Positions 59,162-64,000 of a stretch of DNA of 64,000 nucleotides are shown here, piece after piece. Every line of letters begins with the position of its first letter. Positions within the stretch are counted from its first letter, which is position 1. Both the position numbers and the translations under genes were made by a program. This stretch comes from Candidatus Bathyarchaeota archaeon (GTDB lineage: Archaea > Thermoproteota > Bathyarchaeia > Bathyarchaeales > Bathycorpusculaceae): the NCBI GenBank assembly GCA_963715865.1, contig OY970280.1, forward strand, positions 768,001 through 832,000, read 5' to 3'. Below the pieces are notes generated by a model, which was not told the origin of the DNA, ran no database searches, and saw only the letters and a program-made list of their open reading frames with translations.

Positions 59162-61237
59162 TTACTTCTTTTGGGGCAGACGTATAATGAATTTCGTGCC
59201 CTTGCCTTGTTCACTTTCAAACGATACAGTGCCACCGAGAGCCTCAGTCATGCGTTTAACCACAGCTAAACCGAAACCTTGACCCTTCGGTTTAGTTGTG
59301 AACAACGGCGTGAATAGTTTAGGCTTGATTTCTTCGGGAACGCCAACGCCTGTATCTTGGACTACGATAACCGTGTCACCTGCTTCTTTGTATGCGTGTA
59401 TGACGAGTTTTCCGCCTTCCGGCATGGCTTGAACCGCATTATTCACCAAGTTGCTTAAGATGCGCTTCAACAACTCAGGGTCAGCATCTAATTTCTTCGC
59501 TTGTTTCTCCACTTTGAGGGCGGCATCGATGTTTTCTGGAACGCCATTCTTAAACAGCACCTCTTGACAGAGCCTCTCAAAATCTGTTTCCTGCAAAGTT
59601 GGCTTAATCGGTTTAGCATAGTCCTGCAGGTCTTGGACAATCTTGTTAATGTACTCAACGTTCTTCTCAATGCCCTCAAGGCTTTCTTTCATGCTGTCTT
59701 TCGCCTCACCTTCAGGCATCAAAGCCAAATCAGACTTAACCAAGTACACGTCGCTGGCAATCCCCTGCAAAGGATTGCGAATGTCATGACCCACCATGCC
59801 TGCAGTTGTGCCGATAGCGGCTAAACGCTCAGCGTCTTTGAGTTGCTTGGTTCTCTCTTCAACCGCCTTCTCTAAGTTTTTGGCGTATTCATCGATTTTT
59901 TGCTCGTTTTCTACGCGTTCAACAAAATCTGCTGCTTGACGAACCAACAAATCAAGCAATCGCAAATTAAACTCATCAGGTTTATGTGAGGTTTGATAAT
60001 ATGTAGTGATAACGCCTAAGAATTTGCCAGAACGAGTAAAAAGTGGTGTGGACTGAACAGCCCTAACTCCCGCTTCCAATAGAACTTTCAACGCAGGAGT
60101 ATTGACAAATATGGGACTTTGGGTTACGTCATCAAAAATTACACGCTTTTTACTTCTCATTGCCTCGCCATAGACAGTATGACCGTCAGCATTAATGCAC
60201 TTGAAAAAGTCCAAATAAGACTGTTTAAACCCACGCTGAGAAACAAATCTTAATGTGTTATCCTCATTGAGTAGTTGCATAGTGCCCATGTCAGCATGGG
60301 TGATTTCTATCGCAGAATTAACGATTCCGTCGAGTAATGCTTGCATTTTGTCTTGGCTTACAAAACGCATGCTGATTTCTTGCAGCTTAGATAGCCCTGC
60401 CAACTCTTCTGCTAAGCGATTTTTAGTAGCGGTTAGTTCTTCTTCAGCTTTCTTGCGTTCGGCAATTTCCCCCTCCAAATCGGCTTTAGAAGCAGTCGTC
60501 GTTTTTAAATTCGCTGCCATTTGGTTGAAAGATTTGGATACTTCGCCGATTTCATCTTTTTTATCCGCTTTAATTGAATAGTCGAGATTTCCAGAACCGA
60601 TAACTGCTATTCCAGCTTGCAAATCAGAAATTGACTTCAAAGTGTTACGGTAAGTTATGAGATAATTTGTGATGAAGTAGGCACCAAACAATCCTAACAA
60701 GGCAAAAATGAGTATAATTTCTGTCAAGTTTAGTTGGTCAACTTGATTGCGAATAGCTTGTGATAACTGCTGTGCGTCAAAGGCAAGAGCTTGGTTCTGC
60801 ACCGCCATTCGACTCCAATCAGTCTGAAATGCTGGCAGAACCCTCACACTAACGTTCATAGGCTCATTTTCAAGATACGAAACCACATCAGTCCAGACAC
60901 TGTTTAACTGCTGCGCATCGCCTTTAACATTGTTAAGCAGCATTTGCTGCTCTGGGCTGGAAGGATTTAATTTTGAAAGGTCATTGGAAAGCGAAGAAAA
61001 CGCTGATTGCCACATAGTAAGCTGTGAATTTTCTTGATAAAGGAAGTAATCATTCGAAATATAAGCGAGATTGCTGGCTCTAGTTTGAATGTCTAGTGCA
61101 ATCGCTTCCTGACTGCTCAACTGGGCTGTTTGTTGCTCAGTAATAATTACTGAAGCGGTGATAACGGCAAGTATGATTATGAAGATTGCGATGCTTATGC
61201 GAAACTGATTCTTAATTTTCATCTTTCGTCGCCTCAA
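59162..61237 (-). CDS. membrane sensor histidine kinase (extracellular domain, HAMP, GAF, HisKA, HATPase)
   Basis: Two TMs, DEIGEVSKSFNQM, GAF (GTMQL...VQSTPL), GHDIRNPL, NLVNNAVQAM, DTGVG, GQGFGL. Confidence 0.92.
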   Translation of the reverse strand: MRRRKMKIKNQFRISIAIFIIILAVITASVIITEQQTAQLSSQEAIALDIQTRASNLAYISNDYFLYQENSQLTMWQSAFSSLSNDLSKLNPSSPEQQMLLNNVKGDAQQLNSVWTDVVSYLENEPMNVSVRVLPAFQTDWSRMAVQNQALAFDAQQLSQAIRNQVDQLNLTEIILIFALLGLFGAYFITNYLITYRNTLKSISDLQAGIAVIGSGNLDYSIKADKKDEIGEVSKSFNQMAANLKTTTASKADLEGEIAERKKAEEELTATKNRLAEELAGLSKLQEISMRFVSQDKMQALLDGIVNSAIEITHADMGTMQLLNEDNTLRFVSQRGFKQSYLDFFKCINADGHTVYGEAMRSKKRVIFDDVTQSPIFVNTPALKVLLEAGVRAVQSTPLFTRSGKFLGVITTYYQTSHKPDEFNLRLLDLLVRQAADFVERVENEQKIDEYAKNLEKAVEERTKQLKDAERLAAIGTTAGMVGHDIRNPLQGIASDVYLVKSDLALMPEGEAKDSMKESLEGIEKNVEYINKIVQDLQDYAKPIKPTLQETDFERLCQEVLFKNGVPENIDAALKVEKQAKKLDADPELLKRILSNLVNNAVQAMPEGGKLVIHAYKEAGDTVIVVQDTGVGVPEEIKPKLFTPLFTTKPKGQGFGLAVVKRMTEALGGTVSFESEQGKGTKFIIRLPQKK

Positions 61238-62262
61238 CCGATAATGTTTACTGATTCAGGCTCTACGGATTTTAAGCCATTTACGTATGTGCAATTCAAG
61301 AAATTAGGAACAGCTGTTGCGTTGGTAAAGTTGTTTTGTATTAGCCAGCGTGATTCATCTTGCATAGCCAAAATAAGAGATTGATCAAGCGAAAGCGAAA
61401 ATCTGTATTGGGACCAAACCTCCTCGACGTATGCAGCAGTAAGGTTGAGGCGATTCTGCAGGATGATTTTTGCTTCAGCTGGGTGATAAATAATATATTG
61501 CTCAGCCTGAGCGAGCGAATTCAAGAATCGCTTTACCAATTCTGGATTGCTGGATATCCAATTGTTTGTGCTGACGGCGCAGTCAAACGCCGCCTGCCCA
61601 CTTTGGGCATCCCACATGACTGTGCTGTTACCTAGCCGATTTTCAATTGCTCCAACATAAGGCTGCCAAGCAACCACGGCGTCAACTGCTCCGTTTTCTA
61701 AGGCATCTTCTACTTGTGAAGGAGTAACATTAACAAGGCTTATTTGGTCAAGATCCATGCCGTTTAGCTCAAGAAATCTGCCAAGATAAAACTCTGACGC
61801 CGTTTGCACCGACAAACCAACTTTTTTTCCTGCTAGGTCTGTAACGTTTTCGATTCCTCGGTCTTTGTTGCCAACGATATAAATCTGTAGGAATTTATCG
61901 ATAACCCCGAAGGTCTGGATGCTCTGGTTTGCCAACGCATTATTGGCAACGACGAACTCGGTTGCTGTGGCAACGTTTACTTCGCCATTTAGCATTCCAT
62001 TAACCGCAGCTGAACCGGAAGCGTAATCTTTGATAGTTACGTTGAGCCCATTTGCCGCAAAGTAGCTTTGGTTTTCAGCAACGTAGACTAGGAGGTTAAC
62101 CTGATTAGGCTCCATTCCAACAATGAGTGATTCAACGTTTCCTACGTAGCCGCGCTGGGAATTGAGGTAAAGAAAAGAACCGAGCACTAATGCCACGATT
62201 AAGACGATAACTGTTAATATTATTGAAAACCGTTTTAGTGGTCTTATGTTAATTTGAGTCAT
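61234..62262 (-). CDS. NMT1/SsuA-type substrate-binding protein
   Basis: N-terminal TM anchor, GYF..NGLNV...YASG, DLAGKKVG, DA+.AWQPY; 4-nt overlap with the kinase gene. Confidence 0.85.
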   Translation of the reverse strand: MTQINIRPLKRFSIILTVIVLIVALVLGSFLYLNSQRGYVGNVESLIVGMEPNQVNLLVYVAENQSYFAANGLNVTIKDYASGSAAVNGMLNGEVNVATATEFVVANNALANQSIQTFGVIDKFLQIYIVGNKDRGIENVTDLAGKKVGLSVQTASEFYLGRFLELNGMDLDQISLVNVTPSQVEDALENGAVDAVVAWQPYVGAIENRLGNSTVMWDAQSGQAAFDCAVSTNNWISSNPELVKRFLNSLAQAEQYIIYHPAEAKIILQNRLNLTAAYVEEVWSQYRFSLSLDQSLILAMQDESRWLIQNNFTNATAVPNFLNCTYVNGLKSVEPESVNIIG

Positions 62263-62568
62263 ATGAACTTCACATTAGATTACAGCGCATAAATAGCTAT
62301 TAAAAATAACCAAAGCCACTAGTTCATATTAACCTTTTCAATCTCTGACAATATCTGCTTGAGAAGCTACTGATTATACTTCAATTATCGCTCTGACTAC
62401 CCTTTTTCCTTGTGTTTGAACAGATTTTTCAGTGGCCTCATATCAAAAAGTAAACTCAAAGAAATCGGCAATTTCTACAGCAGCAAACCAAGCAATCTAA
62501 CTTATATCTAAAAGTAAGTTAACATTAGCTAATCAAACGAAGAAACACCAATTAAAGAAGTGCACTGA

Positions 62569-63765
62569 ATGGGAAAGTTTCGGTTAGCCGTCTTCAACAC
62601 TCAGCCGCCTCACTTGTACTTTGGAGGAGTGGAAAGGCGGATAATCGAAACAGCCAAGCGACTGCAAAACCAAGCGGACATCACCGTTTACAGCGGCACT
62701 AAAGCAGGCTTCAAAAAACCCGAGGCTATTGATGGCGTAAGGTTGGTTCCGTGTTTTTCAACGGATAAGCTTTTTCCATTGGATAACTGGTTTTTCAACA
62801 GAAGCATAGCCAAAAAAGCAGTCGCTATCAACGCTGATATTTATGAAGCCCACGCGGTAAGCGGCTATGGACTTTTAAAAGCGTTAAACAAGCAAGGCAT
62901 CAAAAAGCCATTCGTACATACGATTCACGGTGTCCTCGCTGACGAATATGAACAAGCAAGAGAAAACGAGTATCAATCATTCAGGAGCAGGATTGCTAAC
63001 TATTTCATGCATCGGCTTGCCAAATTAGAAGGAGAAACAGCGAAAAACGCAAAGCTAATAGTCACAATAAGCAAATACTCGCTTGAAAAAATAGAGAATC
63101 ATTATGGTGTTGACGCAGCAAAGGTCAGGATTGTTCCAAACGGCGTTGACACAGAAAAATTCAAGCCAGTTGCAGAGACAGACAGAGAGGGGAGTAGGAG
63201 ACGGTTTGGGTTAGGCAGTGAGCCCTGCGTGCTTTTTGTAGGCAGTTTAATACCTCGGAAAGGCTTGCCTTTTCTGGTTGAAGCAGCAAAAAAAATCGTC
63301 AAAAAATACAGTGAAACCAAGTTTGTAATCGTCGGTGAAGGACCATTAAAAAACCGACTGCTCAGTAACCTTGCGACTGCTAATCTTTCAGGCAACTTCA
63401 CGTTTTTAGGCAACGTTAAAGAGGATATGCTTCCAACCTTGTATAATTGCGCTGACGTGCTTGCTTTGCCGTCAATTCAGGAAGGGCAAGGCATAGTGCT
63501 GCTTGAAGCGCAAGCATCAGCTAAGCCCGTTGTGGCTTTTGACGTTGGCGGAGTCAACGAAGCCGTTCGCAACGGCGAAACAGGTTTACTTGTTAAGCGA
63601 GGCAGCAGTGAAGAGTTGGCGGATGCGTTGTTGAAGCTTCTTTCAGACAAGGCTTTACGTGAAAAAATGGGCGCTAACGGTCGAAGATTTGTTACTGAAA
63701 ACTTTACTTGGGATATTTGTGCTCAAAAAATGCTTAACGTTTACCATGAAGCGTTAGCAATATGA
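62569..63765 (+). CDS. GT4 glycosyltransferase
   Basis: FGGVERR, HTIHG, VPNGVD, EGQGIVLLEAQASAKPVV. Confidence 0.92.
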   Translation: MGKFRLAVFNTQPPHLYFGGVERRIIETAKRLQNQADITVYSGTKAGFKKPEAIDGVRLVPCFSTDKLFPLDNWFFNRSIAKKAVAINADIYEAHAVSGYGLLKALNKQGIKKPFVHTIHGVLADEYEQARENEYQSFRSRIANYFMHRLAKLEGETAKNAKLIVTISKYSLEKIENHYGVDAAKVRIVPNGVDTEKFKPVAETDREGSRRRFGLGSEPCVLFVGSLIPRKGLPFLVEAAKKIVKKYSETKFVIVGEGPLKNRLLSNLATANLSGNFTFLGNVKEDMLPTLYNCADVLALPSIQEGQGIVLLEAQASAKPVVAFDVGGVNEAVRNGETGLLVKRGSSEELADALLKLLSDKALREKMGANGRRFVTENFTWDICAQKMLNVYHEALAI

Positions 63766-64000
63766 GACGTTGACTGATTTTGCTAACTTTTTAAAGTCGT
63801 ACTCGCTCATCCACTCGGTTTTAAGGTACAAGCAGATTCTTTCCTCGCTCAAGCCGAGGCGTCTTGCTTCTTGAACGGTGTAACGGTAAGCTTCAATCTC
63901 TGTGGGGCGTTCAACATATTCGTATCTTGGGTCAAAGAGTTCTTTGCCTTCGATAAACTGTTTAACATGGTATAACTCATGGATTAGGTCCAAGTAAATG
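63754..64000 (-). CDS. C-terminal part of an HExxH (zincin-like) protein, 5' end outside window
   Basis: Frame open to the window edge: IYLDLIHELYHVKQ...PTEIEAY. Confidence 0.7.
   Translation of the reverse strand, partial: IYLDLIHELYHVKQFIEGKELFDPRYEYVERPTEIEAYRYTVQEARRLGLSEERICLYLKTEWMSEYDFKKLAKSVNVSYC

Overview
This is an archaeal chromosomal window, most consistent with Candidatus Bathyarchaeia. That is an inference from Trm1, archaeal-type IleRS, Lrp and COG3432 regulators, GGAGGTGA ribosome-binding sites and frequent TTG/GTG starts. All family assignments are by-eye motif recognition from memory; no database search was run. Layout: (1) 1-5.8 kb housekeeping and metabolic genes (trm1, proC, HAD phosphatase, radical SAM/SPASM, MBL hydrolase, Cys-tailed Lrp). 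(2) 5.9-13.5 kb Fe-S/metal cluster resembling the Desulfovibrio ORP locus (Mrp/NBP35, two NifX-like proteins, IscU-like scaffold, two COG1149 ATPases, DUF134, DUF5320), plus a stand-alone encapsulated-ferritin-type protein, a CDF-NifX fusion and OsmC. (3) 13.7-20.7 kb P3A-type H+-ATPase, an archaeal DCD-domain protein, a frameshifted Pro/Thr-repeat surface protein and an aspartokinase. (4) 21.2-55.0 kb cell-surface island bracketed by two inward-facing paralogues of an unknown protein. It holds many glycosyltransferases; an apparent DesI/DesII/DesV-like (desosamine-type) trideoxy-aminosugar module with a TRAM-less methylthiotransferase-like radical SAM; a pyruvyltransferase; DUF2206/DUF1616 membrane proteins; a 1384-aa modular surface protein; two TasA/bundling-pilin-like subunits and a beta-helix protein that share one N-terminal strand motif; a 55-bp inverted repeat around a regulator and one pilin-like gene; and several gene relics (PIG-L deacetylase, flippase, galU, N-acetyltransferase). 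(5) 55.3-64 kb tRNA-Ala(CGC), ileS, a substrate-binding protein/histidine kinase pair, a GT4 and a partial HExxH protein. No integrase, transposase, rRNA or CRISPR array was seen.
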